Shown here piece by piece: positions 1 to 16,915 of a stretch of 64,000 nt of DNA; positions within the stretch are counted from its first letter, which is position 1, and each line of letters starts with the position of its first letter. The translations under genes were made by a program, and so were the position numbers. The notes under the pieces were generated by a model. That model had not been told where the DNA came from and did not search any database. It was given only the letters and a program-made list of their open reading frames with translations. The DNA comes from Eledone cirrhosa (Eukaryota): positions 31,124,001-31,188,000 of the forward strand of contig OZ024759.1 of assembly GCA_964016885.1 (NCBI GenBank). Reading direction: 5' to 3'.

Positions 1-1645
1 GAAATGACGCTAAATTAGCTAAAACGGCATCATAAATGACTAAAATCACAATAAAATGGTTAAAACGGCATCATAAATGGCTAAATTGACTCTAAAAGGG
101 CTAAAACGGCATCATAAATGACTTAAATGACTCTCAAATGGTTAAAACGTCATAATCAATGATTAAAATAGCTAAATCGTTATCATAAATGACTAAAACG
201 TGATCATAAATGACTAAAATGACACTAAATTAGCTAAAACGGCATCATAAATGACTAAAATGACAATAAAATGGTTAAAACGGCATCATAAATGGCTAAA
301 TTGACTCTAAAAGGGCTAAAACGGCATCATAAATGACTTAAATGACTCTCAAATGGCTAAAACGTCATCATCAATTATTAAAATAGCTAAAACGTTATCA
401 TAAATGACTAAAACGTCATCATAAATGACTAGAATGGCTAAAACGGCATCATAAATGACTAAAATGACACTAAATTAGCTAAAACGGCATCATAAATGAC
501 TAAAATCACAATATAATGGTTAAAACGGCATCATAAATGGCTAAATTGACTCTAAAAGGGCTAAAACGGCATCATAAATGACTTAAATGACTCTCAAATG
601 GCTAAAACGTCATCATCAATTATTAAAATAGCTAAAACGTTATCATAAATGACTAAAACGTCATCATAAATGACTAGAATGGCTAAAACGGCATCATAAA
701 TGACTAAAATGACACTAAATTAGCTAAAACGGCATCATAAGTGACTTAAGATGGCAATAAAATGGCTAAAACGGCACCATAAATGGCTAAATTGGCTCTA
801 AAATTACTAAAATGGATAAAACCTCATCATAAATGGCTAAAATGGCCTCATAAATGACTAAAATGACACTGAAATGGCTAAAACAGCATCATAAATGACT
901 AAAATGACACTAAATTGGCTAAAACGGCATCATAAATGATTAAATGACCACAAAATGGCTAAAACGACATCATAACTGGCTAAAGTGACTATAAAATGGC
1001 GTAAACGTCCTCATAAATGACTGAAATGGCTAAAACGGCATCATAAATCACTAAAATGGCAACATAAATGACTAAAACGTCATCATAAATTACTAAAACG
1101 TCATCATGAATGACTAAATTGGCTACAACCGCATCATAAATGACTAAAACATCATCATAAATGACTAAAATGGCTAAAACGTCATCATAAATGACTAAAA
1201 TGGCTAAAACGGCATCACAAATGACTAAATTGTCTCCAAAATGGCTAATTCGGCATCATAAATGACTAAAGAGTCATCATAAATGACTAAAACGTCATCA
1301 TAAATGACGAAATTCGCTAAAACCGCATCAAAAATGACACTAAAAAGACTAAAATGGCATCATAAATGACTAAAATGACACTAAAATGGCTAAAATGGCA
1401 TCAAATATGACTAAAATGACACTAAAATGGATAAAACGTTATCATAAATGACTAAAGCGTCATCATAAATGACTAAAATGACACTACAATGACTATAACA
1501 GCATCATAAATGACTAAAATGTCACTAAAATTGCTAAAACGGCCTTATAAATGACTATAATGACTCTAAAATGGCTAAAACGTCATCATCAATGATTCAA
1601 ATGGCTAAAACGTCCTCATAAATGACTAAAATGACTATTAAAATG
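1..1645. repeat. Satellite built from ~10/20-bp subunits (AAATGACTAA / AACGGCATCAT / AAATGGCTAA) with a higher-order period
   Basis: The marker TAAATTAGCTAAAAC recurs at 11, 226, 471 and 716 (spacings 215, 245, 245). The array becomes more scrambled towards 1645 and runs off the window start. Confidence 0.92.
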
Positions 1646-2403
1646 CCAATATCTGTACAGCAAGGATGTTGTAGCATTCTCGTATTCTATTAATCTTCAA
1701 TCCTTTTATTGTTTACCATTTACCTTATAAAAGAAACAGCACTATGGATTGAAAGTAGAAATCAATGCAGGAATAATTATATAAAAATCAACACAGAATA
1801 AAATGGTTGTATATTTTCATTAACATTTATTACACATATTACATTACAGCCAATAATGTTACAATGATAACAGCAGTTTTGTCTCTCTTTTCAATCTTTC
1901 CTTTTTTGTTATTCTATTCTTTTGTATTAAAATTACTTAAAATATTTTTATAGTTATTTTAGGTTTTCTTCCATAATGTTTTATGAATTTTTTTTTCTGT
2001 GTTTTGAGAGGATTTTTGTGTTTTATTTTTCATTTCAAATTCATCAATAATTCGTGTGTATCGTTAAACTTTGTTTGTAAGGATATTGATTATAACTTAT
2101 TATCATTGTTCTTAGTGTTATTATTGTAATGACTGTCATTATTATTATCATTATAGGAATATTTATGATTATGATAATAATATTAATAATGGTAATAATT
2201 ATTGTTATTATTTTTATGAGACTCAATTTTAAAATATATTTTCTTGATATTTTGTCAGCTTTAAATCGGTAGCTTGTATTGATTAGGTCAATATTTGCAA
2301 TACGTTAATGTAATGATAATCAATATTAATAAATATCTTCAATGAATAAATAAACAAACAATAACAGTAGCAATAACTATATTAATAATAACCATATGCA
2401 AAT

Positions 2404-4019
<1,616 letters not shown>

Positions 4020-4024
<5 letters not shown>

Positions 4025-4198
4025 AACCAGTAAGACCCCGACAGCTGAGCTCAAGCCGTTTCGACGGCTATTAGCCGTCGAAACGGCTTGAGCTCAGCTG
4101 TCGGGGTCTTACTGGTTCCTATTACCCACTCTACTACCTCAAGTATTGAGTACTTTGGTGCGTTATGGTCCACCTGGTTCCTTACCACATTTCCTTCG

Positions 4199-4200
<2 letters not shown>
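4020..4200 (+). mobile_element. TA-embedded Penelope-like pLTR remnant (family P1) with a perfect inverted duplication and the 3' half of a hammerhead
   Basis: Perfect palindrome 4020-4122 (51-bp arms, 1-nt centre at 4071). The right arm reads GAAAC-GGCTTGAGCTCAGCT-GTC-GGGGT. Related copies at 14396-14591, 38582-38710 and 42080-42173. (TA)n on both sides. Confidence 0.6.
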
Positions 4201-4244
<44 letters not shown>

Positions 4245-4259
4245 TTATATATATATATT

Positions 4260-4290
<31 letters not shown>

Positions 4291-4340
4291 ATATGTATAT
4301 ATGAACACATATACACACAAACATATATATATATATATAT

Positions 4341-4437
4341 ATTAAAATAACTTAAGCTCTATATATATTTGATATATATTTATCCTTATCGAGCCCTCTT
4401 TGGATTTTAGCCTTCACATTTATTATTATTATTACTA
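4341..4437 (+). mobile_element. Short TA-embedded element tail (family P2)
   Basis: TTATCCTTATCGAGCCCTCTTTGGATTTTAG...ATTATTACTA is shared with 7756-7857, 56415-56492 and, inverted, 56531-56612. Confidence 0.65.
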
Positions 4438-4501
4438 TATATATATATGTATGTATATGTATATATATATATGTATGTATATATATATATGTATATATAT
4501 G

Positions 4502-4688
<187 letters not shown>

Positions 4689-4692
4689 ATAT

Positions 4693-4744
<52 letters not shown>

Positions 4745-4748
4745 ATAT

Positions 4749-4850
<102 letters not shown>

Positions 4851-5219
4851 GCTAGCGTGGAAAATGGACATTAAATGAAGATGATGATACACATATATAT
4901 ATATATATATATATACAATACTTAGGTTAATATACATACATATACATACATATACATATACATACATACATATATATATGTGTGTGTGTGTGTGCCTGTA
5001 CAAATGATGTTAGTATCTTCTATGTTTCCCATTTACACTGGAATCTTGTCATGTTTCATTAAAGTAACATTTTATAAGTCTAACTGACTTCACTGACAAC
5101 CTGATTGTTTTCAAGCGAAAAAAATAATCTCATATACAATAATAGAAACTCAAGAGTCTAACAGCTTTCATTTCTTCCTATATTGTGAATTTTTTAATCT
5201 CGTAGATTTTATGTATGTA

Positions 5220-5301
<82 letters not shown>

Positions 5302-5318
5302 GTATATAAGTATATATG

Positions 5319-5371
<53 letters not shown>

Positions 5372-5382
5372 GTATATAAGTA

Positions 5383-5413
<31 letters not shown>

Positions 5414-5889
5414 GTAAATATGTATATATATATATATGTATATATATATACGTATATATATATGTATATATATATATATGTATATATATGTGTGTATATA
5501 TATATATATATTTATATATATATTTATATATGTGTGTGTGTATATATGTACATATGCATATATATATATATATTGTGAATTTATTGAATCTCGTATATTT
5601 TCTCTTTATTTTATGTGGTTTATTATTTTTTTTTTCAAGGAAAGATTTGAGAGAATGATAATAATAATAATTCAACAATTGATTGAAGTAATTTTAAAAT
5701 GAAAACAATTTTTTTTTCTTCTTTGTGTATCAAGAATTGTTATTTTCGTAAAATGGTATTTTGATAATGATTAAATTAAGAATGAAACTGCTTTGCTGGA
5801 ATAAAGGATTTTATGGGCACACCCCGGCTTCTGATCATAGAAAAAAAATGGACGTTTATAGTTTTTATGTATTTTTCGATTTGTATTTA

Positions 5890-6062
5890 CCATATTTCTC
5901 GGCATCAAAGATGCTACTTTTTTCCTAAAATTCTCTCAAAAATCTACCATGCGTCCTGGAGGCAGAAGGTTGTTTATTATTTTTTTTTTTTTTCAAATTT
6001 TAGGTTGTCAAAATTAGGGTGCGTCTTCAAGGACGAGACATCTTCAGAGCCAGGAAATACGG
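5890..6062. mobile_element. Tc1/mariner-pogo-type MITE
   Basis: Imperfect TIRs CCATATTTCTCGGC / GCCAGGAAATACGG, with TA on both sides. A second diverged copy lies at 36347-36499. Confidence 0.7.
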
Positions 6063-6413
6063 TATGTATATACATAAATACATCATAATGATTAACAAAG
6101 AATTTGTATTACAATCTTATTAATTAGTTTATAACAAGGTATATATTTTTACAAAAGAAATTTTCTTTGTATTTCTTTTTCACCTAAATTATACATACTA
6201 ATCTAAATTTTCTAAACACAGGGCCAAAGTTTATTAGCAGTATTGTATCGTATAGGTACATACTAATGTCGTTTTCCATTGTGATTGAATTAATTCGGCC
6301 TTAGAGAATTGTGGGAGGAGAGGAGTTCGATTTTGAAATTGGAATAGTGAAAAATAACCTGTCAAAATAATCTGGATTGCTTCTTTCGAAGGCTACACTA
6401 GTGTAGGTGTATA

Positions 6414-6445
<32 letters not shown>

Positions 6446-6538
6446 CATATATACACATATATATATACATATATATACATATATATATACATATATATAT
6501 ATATACATATATACACATATATATATACATATATATAC

Positions 6539-6577
<39 letters not shown>

Positions 6578-6589
6578 CATATATATACA

Positions 6590-6715
<126 letters not shown>

Positions 6716-6726
6716 CATATATATAC

Positions 6727-6911
<185 letters not shown>

Positions 6912-6924
6912 CATATATATATAC

Positions 6925-6957
<33 letters not shown>

Positions 6958-6982
6958 CATATATATATACATATATAAATAC

Positions 6983-7068
<86 letters not shown>

Positions 7069-7169
7069 GTGTGTGTATATATTTATATATATATATATGT
7101 ACGTATATATTTATATATATATATATTTATATATATATATTTATATATATATATATGTACGTATATATT

Positions 7170-7285
<116 letters not shown>

Positions 7286-7399
7286 TATAATGTATATATA
7301 TGTATATATGTATATATATATATGTACATATAATGTATATATATATATATATATATGTATACATATATGTGTGTGTACATATAATGTATATATGTATAA

Positions 7400-7439
<40 letters not shown>

Positions 7440-7665
7440 ATGTATTTGTATATATACATATATATGTGTGTATATGTATATATGTATGTATATGTATATA
7501 TGTATATATATATATGTGTGTATATGTGTATATTTATATATATATGCATATTTAAATGTATATCGTACAACCATTTCAAAATTTTATGTAAATCTAATCC
7601 GTTATATTTCTTTTAATATTCATCATTAATATAATTTATCATAATAATAATAGTGGTAGTTATAT

Positions 7666-7728
<63 letters not shown>

Positions 7729-7755
7729 GAGGAGGAGGAGGAGGAGGAGGAGTAT

Positions 7756-7857
7756 ATTAAAATAACTTAAGCTCTAGGGTTCTTATATATTTGATATATA
7801 TTTATCCTTATCGAGCCCTCTGGATTTTAGTCTTCACATTTATTATTATTATTACTA
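7756..7857 (+). mobile_element. Family P2 tail copy
   Basis: Near-identical to 4341-4437, including the ATTAAAATAACTTAAGCTCTA junction. Confidence 0.65.
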
Positions 7858-7868
7858 TATATCTATAT

Positions 7869-8058
7869 AGGGGGGATTGGCAGTATCGGTAGAGGGTCGG
7901 ACGCCATGCTTTGACGCATAGATACGGCCTTGCCATTCTGAGTTCAAATCTCGCCGAGGTTAACTTCGCCTTTCATCCTTAAGGGGTCGATAAAATAAAG
8001 TACCAGTAATGCACTGGGTAATTACTGGCCTTGTGCCAAAAGTAGAAACAATTATTAC
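7869..8058 (+). mobile_element. tRNA-derived SINE family A (Meta-like central domain)
   Basis: A-box-like TGGCAGTATCGG, B-box GAGTTCAAATC, central GCCTTTCATCCTT..GGGGTCGATAAAATAAAGTACCAG, and an (ATT)n tail. About 13 copies in the window. Confidence 0.85.
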
Positions 8059-8117
8059 TATATATATATATGTATGTACGTATGTATATATATATGTGTG
8101 TACATACATATATATAT

Positions 8118-8186
<69 letters not shown>

Positions 8187-9871
8187 AACATACATACATA
8201 CATACATATACATACATACATATACATACATAAATATATATGTACTAACTGGATGATTTTTAACATTGGCACAAAGTGAGCAAATCTGGTGACCTAGTGT
8301 CTATTTAGTTTTTTACAGTTTTATTTCTGTGGTAGAATAATATTATTAATGGTTTCTAATTTAGGCACAAGATCATCAAATCATCAATCTCGGAAAAGAC
8401 TTATTTGATCTCAGCATGATTTGAAAATAATGACATAAAGAAATGGAATAATACCACATGGTATTTTGCGCACTGCATTCAAGGTTATAATACGGAAAAC
8501 ATCTTAGTTTATTATGAGATCAAATATTCAAATATGTGTTCAACATATCGATCTGTTATCAATAATTTACTGGCAATCAATTATTGAAAAACCAATTGTG
8601 CATTGCTTGAAATTATAAACTAGAAACGCTTAACTCAGAGAGACATGTGTTGTGGCATTTTGTAAGACTTAAACTTTGTTTTAATATAATATTTTAATTT
8701 ATTCCAGACAATATTTTCAAAGAGTTGTTTCATGAAAGACTTAATTTTTAATATTTTATTTACTTTATTCGGGTTAAACCAACTGTAAATAATTTAATTA
8801 TTCCTCATTAATTCGTTTCGGATTTAACGAGGACAGATTCTACAATAATTGGCTCCATGTCAGTAAATAGAATAATTAAAAATGTGATAATTAAATACTA
8901 TATGTTATAAAATATAAAATTGGAGTTTTAGAACGGATTATATTAACATGAAATTACGAAAATTAAGATACATACAATTGACACTCGAATATATTAGACT
9001 GGTGTCACATAGAGTAAACATATATATATATATAATATAGATATAGATATATATGTATGTATATATATATATATATATGTATCTATGTATATATGTTTAT
9101 ATATATATAAATATGTATATGTATGTATATATATTTATATATATATATGTATATGTATCTATATATGTTTATATATATATATATAAATATGTGTATATGT
9201 AGGTATATACATATATACACATATATATGTGTGCATATACATATGTATATATATATATATACATATGTATATTCATATATATATATGTATATATGTACAT
9301 ACATATATATATGTGTATATATATATCTATATATATATATGTATATATATGTGTACATATATATTCATATGTATATATATGTATATATATAAATACGAAT
9401 ATACACATATAAAAACATATATGTATATGTATATATATCTACCTATATGTATAAGTATATATACACATATATATGTACATATACATACATACATATATGT
9501 ACATATATTTACATATATATATACATACATATACATATATATACATATATGTAGATATATATACATATATGTATATATATATACATACATACATATATAT
9601 ATACATACATACATATATATACATATATATGCGTATGGTGGGTATATTTAGGAGGGTATGTAAAATGTTAAATGTTGTGCATGGGACCAAACTATCAGCA
9701 GCTAAATTTATGTTCCTCGCAGAGAGGTATAGGAGCAGTATACCTGCCAAAAAAACCTGCATTTACAAAACGGACGAAGCCATAATTCTTTAACAATTTT
9801 AGAATGAATCAGGACATTTTATGAAATACTTTGTGATATATGTAAAAATAAAATAATAGAGGTAACATTAA

Positions 9872-10079
9872 CACTTTAGCATTTAAATCGGCCATATCTG
9901 GCCAGAATTCTCTCACCTTTTTCTGTTCAAACTGGTCATAACCAGCCACTCATACTGACGTTAGGGTATTGTTCTCAAAATAAATAATATCAAAATCTCA
10001 TAGATTCAATATTACATGAGATAAAACCTTTTCTGTGAAAATACAATATTAAATATAGAATAATGTAAATGCTAAAGGG
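9872..10079 (+). mobile_element. piggyBac-type MITE
   Basis: TTAA on both flanks; TIR C(A/C)CTTTAGCATTT / AAATGCTAAAGGG. Homologous to 21607, 35789, 37286 and 37503. Confidence 0.8.
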
Positions 10080-10337
10080 TTAAAACAAAGTGGGGATCAT
10101 TAGTGTAAAATGTGGCATTTTGTAAGGTAAAATATTTGCCTTGATTCCAGCAGTGTATTGAAACCAGTTCAACATTCACTGACATATATTTTGAGATAAT
10201 CTTTTTTATTATCACCTCAATACGGTGCCCACAAATTGTAACAATTTCTAACATAGGCACTAGACAACAGTTTTGATGGGAGAGCAGCTACAGTCGTTAT
10301 ATTGACTCCAGCATTACCAGTGTTACCGAATATATGA

Positions 10338-10414
<77 letters not shown>

Positions 10415-10469
10415 TATATATGTACAGATATATAGATATATTTATATATATATATATACATATATATAT

Positions 10470-10560
<91 letters not shown>

Positions 10561-10692
10561 TATATATGTATATATACATGTGTGTGTATACATATATATA
10601 TGTATATCTGTACATATATATGTATATATATATATATAAATATATATATCTGTACATATATATGTATATATATATATATCTGTACATATATA

Positions 10693-10751
<59 letters not shown>

Positions 10752-11213
10752 ATATGTAAGTATATATGTATGTATACATGTGTGTGTATATATATAATAT
10801 ATATATATATATAAATGTATATGTAAGTATACATGTATGTGTGTTTGTATATATAGATTATATATATATATATATGCATACATACAGCATATATATATAT
10901 GTATATATATATATATAATCTATATATACACACACATATATGCATATTTATATATATATATATATATGCATATATGCATATATATATATACATATATATG
11001 CATATATATATGTGTGTGTTTATATATATGTGTGTTTATATATATGTATGCATGTATGTATGCAGATTCTGTGACAGTCAACAAAAAAATATTCTTAGAT
11101 AACTATATGGGAAAACATGAGGTATTTTGTCAGCTGAGCGGATGGAATTGTGATAGGACAGTGGTATGTTTCTGACACAACAACATGGGGAAGAGAAGAT
11201 ATATGCACAGACT

Positions 11214-11323
<110 letters not shown>

Positions 11324-11437
11324 TATATACATATATATACATATATCTCTACAGATATATATATGTAAGTGTATATGTATATATATATATATATATGTAC
11401 ATATATATAAATATATGTATGTATATATGTGTATATA

Positions 11438-11508
<71 letters not shown>

Positions 11509-11551
11509 GTATATATATATGTATATATATATATATATGTATATATATATG

Positions 11552-11725
<174 letters not shown>

Positions 11726-11799
11726 TACATATATATATATATGTGTGTACATATATATAAATATATGTATGTATATATGTATATATGTATATATATATG

Positions 11800-12402
11800 T
11801 CAGGTCACCAGTTGGTGCTACTGGTAACATGTATCCCAGTACAACCTGTCTCATGGTCGGGTCGTTGGCAACTAAACTGGCAACCCCACCAAGGTTTCTT
11901 GGTGAGGAGGATGACTTTGGACATCCTGCAGGACTAAAAACAAAACCTGTTAAAGGGCAAAGGAGCTCTTAAGAGTCAATGGCCATCCAAAATCACCAGG
12001 AGAGATGACCCCTTAGCCTTTGTTAAGGCAGAATTCTAGAAGGAAAACTCTGATATAACACCTGCAACCCTGATGGTACCCAATGATGTTGACTTGTTCT
12101 TCTTTGTGGTAAATATCATCTTGGTTAAGAGAGTGGGACTGGCTTTGTGCAGTGCCTTTGCTCACTATAAAAGCTTCACGGTACAGGCATTGCTTTATAT
12201 CTGGAGATCTCTCTGCACTTGCCGTCACATGGTACCATGGGCCCAGCACTATGTGTCAATAATTGTCACAAGTGTAGTGTTTGAACCAGAGTTTTCAAGT
12301 CGCTGGCTGGACTAAAAAGTCACCCTCGTTCAGCGCATCGGTAGGGGTTCTCCTACATGGATATAAAGTAGTGGCCGTACTCGAAAACGAGTTGGCAGCC
12401 AC
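11800..12402. mobile_element. GC-richer island within the TA tract, probably a decayed transposon fragment (family not identified)
   Basis: Abrupt compositional boundaries against (TA)n; no recognisable protein motif in the short ORFs. Confidence 0.3.
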
Positions 12403-12403
12403 C

Positions 12404-12476
<73 letters not shown>

Positions 12477-12907
12477 TACATATATATATATTTACATATA
12501 TATGAAAGTGTATATGTATATATACATGTGTGTATACATATATATCTGTACATATATACACCGACGTGGGGAAGAGAAGATATATGCATATACTTGCAAA
12601 CTGAAGGCTGTCATATCACTTAAAAGTGTGCAGTAGATTTCACTCACTGCAGTGTCAACAACAACAACAACAGCAACAACAACAGCAACAGCAACCATAA
12701 CAACACAGATGATGAGATATAGGAAAGAGAATGTCATGATCAATCGGGTCGATGGTGTATATGAGACTTACTTACGTTATTGTGAAATTGAGATGAGACA
12801 TGAAGTGAATCTTGCAAGCATGAGAATCTATATATGGAGACGAAGATTGAATAATGCACATAATATAGGCTGACATACCAATAACTGAGTAGTGAAGGAT
12901 GTTTATA

Positions 12908-13160
12908 TATCATCATCATCATCATCATCATCATCATCTTCGTTTAACGTCCATCTGCCACGCTAGCATGGGTTAGATGGGAGTTGTCCCACTTGAGGCA
13001 AGGTTGGTCGGGTGACCATGTCTCACTCATATAGGACCATCTGGCAGGTTTTCTATGGCTGGATCCCCTTCCTAACACCAACCACATTTACAGTGTGGAA
13101 CTGGGAGGTTTTTACCGTGTTACCTACACGGCCACATTACAGCGTGGACTGTGTGTTTTT
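12908..13160 (-). mobile_element. SINE 3' region with RTE-type (GAT)n tail
   Basis: (CAT)n, then TTTAACGTCCA..CCACGCTAGCATGGG and GGCTGGAT.CCCTTCCTAACACCAACC, matching SINE family B and the tails at 41615, 15285, 16626 and 4848. Confidence 0.7.
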
Positions 13161-13442
13161 TTTCTCGTGACACCTACACGATCTCATTATCTCATTTATT
13201 TGGACTGGATGTTGTGGTACCAACTTTACAGAGAGTGGGTAGTGTTGGTGGGAGTGGGAGGATAGGTAGGGGTAGTGGATTGGGGTGTATATTTGGTTAA
13301 GAGGTGCCAACTGACTGTAGGTTTCGCTTTGTACATAGGCAAGGTGGGTCTTCTGTATTACTGTGTAGCGCTAAAGATATATATATATATACATTCCTTA
13401 TATATGATACATATCCTAGTGTATCTGTATACATATGTGTAT

Positions 13443-13475
<33 letters not shown>

Positions 13476-13524
13476 CCTTATATATGTTACATATCCCAGT
13501 GTATCTGTATACATATACATATAC

Positions 13525-13566
<42 letters not shown>

Positions 13567-13569
13567 TGG

Positions 13570-13603
<34 letters not shown>

Positions 13604-14126
13604 AACATATAGTGTGAGAGTATGTGTCTATATGTACATGTATATTTATACATGTATTTATATATATATGTGTGTGTGTATATATATATATATCATCATC
13701 ATCATATATATATATATATGTATATATATATACATATATGGATATATATATATATATATATATACATATATGTAAATATTTGTGTGATTAATTATATATG
13801 GTATAATCAGGCATGAGGTGTGTAAGTAAATATTGTGAAAATAACTACACATAGAACTTTCTGTGTCTTTCTATAAATAATTTAGGTTTCATGATATTCA
13901 GAATAGATATAATTGCCAAAGGTATGATATTGATGATGCACACAAGCTCACCTAACGATTGTGTTTCATTTGGGGAAGTATATGTATGTCGAAGTGTTCA
14001 ACTAGACATATAAACACACAAACCCTTTTGCATGAATATATATATATATGAATATATATGTATTGACATGGATTTAACCCTAAAAACTCTTTCCGAGCAA
14101 TGTAAGGAACACTTTTGATTATTTAT

Positions 14127-14166
14127 GCCCTTGAGAAGCCCAACTGGGCGAAACGTACGTAGGTGC
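14127..14166 (+). ncRNA. Minimal type I hammerhead-like motif, U3-A8 core variant (family P3)
   Basis: GCCC-TTGAGAA-GCCCaactGGGC-GAAAC-GTAC-GTA-GGTGC: palindromic stem III loop and GUA site, with AATAAA shortly downstream. Stem I is weak (bulged). Confidence 0.55.
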
Positions 14167-14365
14167 TGTTTTAAATAAACATGTTTTAACGGTCTATTCT
14201 CCGATTTCTTATTTTCCCACGTGCTTACGCTCTGCTAACTCTCTAGCCCACTAAATATTAACACTTCGAATATCTAATACTGCCGGCACTAGTATCGAGC
14301 ACCTTTGGCATATGCTACTTGGCAAATAACTATATATTTTTCTCTCTCTCGATACATAAATACTG

Positions 14366-14395
<30 letters not shown>

Positions 14396-14397
<2 letters not shown>

Positions 14398-14590
14398 ATG
14401 AAGGAAGTGTGTGGCAAGGAAGCAGATGGACCTAACGCACCAGAGTACTCAATACTTAAGGTAGTAGAGCGGGTAATAGGAAAATGTTTAACCCCGACTG
14501 CAGAGCTCAAGCCATTTTGGCAGCTATTTCTGAGTCCAGAAATAGGCGTCAAAACGGCTTGAGCTCTGCTGTCGGGGTTAAACTTTTTCC

Positions 14591-14591
<1 letters not shown>
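14396..14591 (-). mobile_element. Family P1 element with inverted duplication
   Basis: Imperfect inverted repeat 14478-14591 centred on TTTCTG-AGTC-CAGAAA. The long arm is homologous to the reverse complement of 4072-4200. Confidence 0.6.
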
Positions 14592-14638
<47 letters not shown>

Positions 14639-14820
14639 TATATATATATATACATATACACATATATATATACATATATATATAATTATACATATATATA
14701 TACATATATATATACATATATATATATATACATATATATATATGTATATATATATGTATATACATATATATATATGTATATATATATGTATATATATATA
14801 TGTATAAATATATATATATT

Positions 14821-14905
<85 letters not shown>

Positions 14906-14928
14906 ATACATATATATATACATATACA

Positions 14929-15250
14929 TGGAGGCACATGGCTTAGTGGTTAGAGCATTGGCCTTGCAATCGAAAGGTTGTGAGTTCAATTCTCAGACCG
15001 GGTGATGTGTTGTTTCCTTGAGCAAGACACTTTATTTCACATTGCTCCAGTTTACTCAGCTGTAGAAATGAGATGATAGGGATCCCAGTCCCTATCATTC
15101 CACTGTAAAGTGGTCGTGGAGGTGCCACAGCAAAAAAGCACCCAGCACTCACTGTAAATGAGGTTGGCGTTAGGAAGGGCATCCAGCTGTAGAAATCAAG
15201 CCAGAATCAGTTCCCGTCCCACCCTTGCAAGCAGGGAAAAGCGGACATAA
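14929..15250 (+). mobile_element. tRNA-derived SINE family B (CORE-like centre, RTE-derived tail)
   Basis: A box TGGCTTAGTGG, B box GAGTTCAATTC, central CCTTGAGCAAGACACTTTA...CAGCTGTAGAAATGAG, tail CCCACCCTTGCAAGCAGGGAAAAGCGGAC. Confidence 0.85.
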
Positions 15251-15336
15251 ATTGAAATGATATACATATACATATACATATCTCCGTCCAGACCCATGCT
15301 AGCGTGGAAAATGGACGTTAAACGATGATGATGATG

Positions 15337-15385
<49 letters not shown>

Positions 15386-15402
15386 CATATATATATATAT
15401 GC

Positions 15403-15433
<31 letters not shown>

Positions 15434-16262
15434 CATATATATATATACATATATATATACATATATATATACATATATATATATCTATATATATATATAT
15501 ACATACATCTATACATATATATATACATACATCTATACATATATATATATATACATACATCTATACATATATTTATATATATACATACATCTATACATAT
15601 ATATATATGTATATACATATATATATACATCTATATATATATACATCTACATATATATACATCTATATATACATATATATATATATAGAGAGAGAGAGAG
15701 AGGAGGAGAGATAGAGAGAGAGAGTGAGCTATATATACATGTATATAAATATATACGTGATATATATATATATATATCATACATATACATACATCACTGA
15801 AGTTTATATACACAATATATACTTAAAGATAATTACTAGTGATATTTAATAAGTTATTTCAGAGATATCACAAACATATCTTTTGATATCTCATTGCCAT
15901 AGATATGATAAACACATAAGATAAAAATTTATAATATAATCATATATGATAAACATGTATAAATATAATTAATGTATGTATATATATTAGTACTACTTGG
16001 ATAATGCATAATCTATTCTGAAATCCTATATATTTTCCTAAATAATATATACTTTATATTTTTTGTGTAGTTATTGGCTTGTCAGGTATGAAATTTGTAG
16101 ATACTTGTTCTTTTTCTACAAATTTCTATAAATTTCATATTTAATGTCCCAATAGTTTTAATATTAAATATTTGATAAGTTGAATTACATGTATATATTT
16201 ATATTTACAAATATATATAAATATGTATATATTTACACATATATTTATATATATATATGTAT

Positions 16263-16590
16263 ATATACAATATATTAACAAATGGAAACTATATTTATAA
16301 AACCATATTTATTTCATTTTACATATGCAACCGTTAAGGTTGCATTTTTTCAGGGTATGTCAATATTTATTTATAAAACTAATCTGTATTATATTTTATC
16401 TGATGAAAGCACACCATAATCTGCCTTGGTGGCCCTTGAAATATGTATAATGAAATAAATATGGTTTTATAAATATAGTTTCCATTTGTTAATATATTGT
16501 ATATTTACTCCAATAATTTGTTGAGTGCTTTATATCAGTTATAAAAATATTTTAGCTTGTTGTATCCCAACAAATTAAATATAACCTCTA
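16263..16590 (+). mobile_element. TA-embedded Penelope-like remnant (family P4) with a 64-bp inverted duplication
   Basis: 16263-16326 is the reverse complement of 16441-16504 (1 mismatch); the element contains the hammerhead at 16392-16457. Confidence 0.6.
16392..16457 (+). ncRNA. Type I hammerhead ribozyme motif
   Basis: Stem I TATTTTAT/ATGAAATA (8 bp including one G.U), core CTGATGA, stem II AAG..CACCA/TGGTG..CTT, GAAA, 2-bp stem III, predicted AUA site at 16447-16449. Confidence 0.55.
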
Positions 16591-16724
16591 CATATATATA
16601 TATTTACACACATATATATATATATATCATCATCATCTTTGTTTAACGTCCATCTTCCACGCTAACATGGGTTACACATATATATATATATGTACATATT
16701 TCTCGCATATATATATTTATATAA

Positions 16725-16894
16725 ATCGTTTCTCGGTCTTTGGGCTAAGATCAAAATGTAGTATCTGTTCTTATCAGCTTATATGGGACCATCGATATTA
16801 AACTGATTTTTAGAACTAGGCGAAGAGTTAGGGGCTTGCTCCACCTTTGCCACGGGTTGGCCTGGTATTACAGTATATCCAGGATTTGGCCCAT
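16725..16894 (+). pseudogene. U2: U2 snRNA copy with an internal deletion (probable pseudogene)
   Basis: ATCGTTTCTCGGTCTTTGGGCTAAGATCAAAATGTAGTATCTGTTCTTATCAGCTTA matches the U2 5' end, with the GTAGTA branch-site element. Also an Sm-like ATTTTTAG, loop III GCTTGCTCC and loop IV ATTACAGT. About 20 nt of stem IIa/IIb are missing. Confidence 0.88.
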
Positions 16895-16915
16895 CTCCTA
16901 CTCGGGAGATATTAA

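Noticed and set aside
13310-13360. GAAAC-CTACA-GTC on the minus strand resembling a hammerhead 3' half
   Set aside because: No convincing stem I or II, and no inverted duplication.
14929-15003. tRNA gene
   Set aside because: A and B boxes are present, but there is no acceptor stem and the sequence continues into a multicopy SINE body.
16725-16894. U2-targeting retrotransposon (Utopia/Keno) insertion
   Set aside because: The U2 copy has a deletion rather than an inserted element, and no RT ORF is adjacent.
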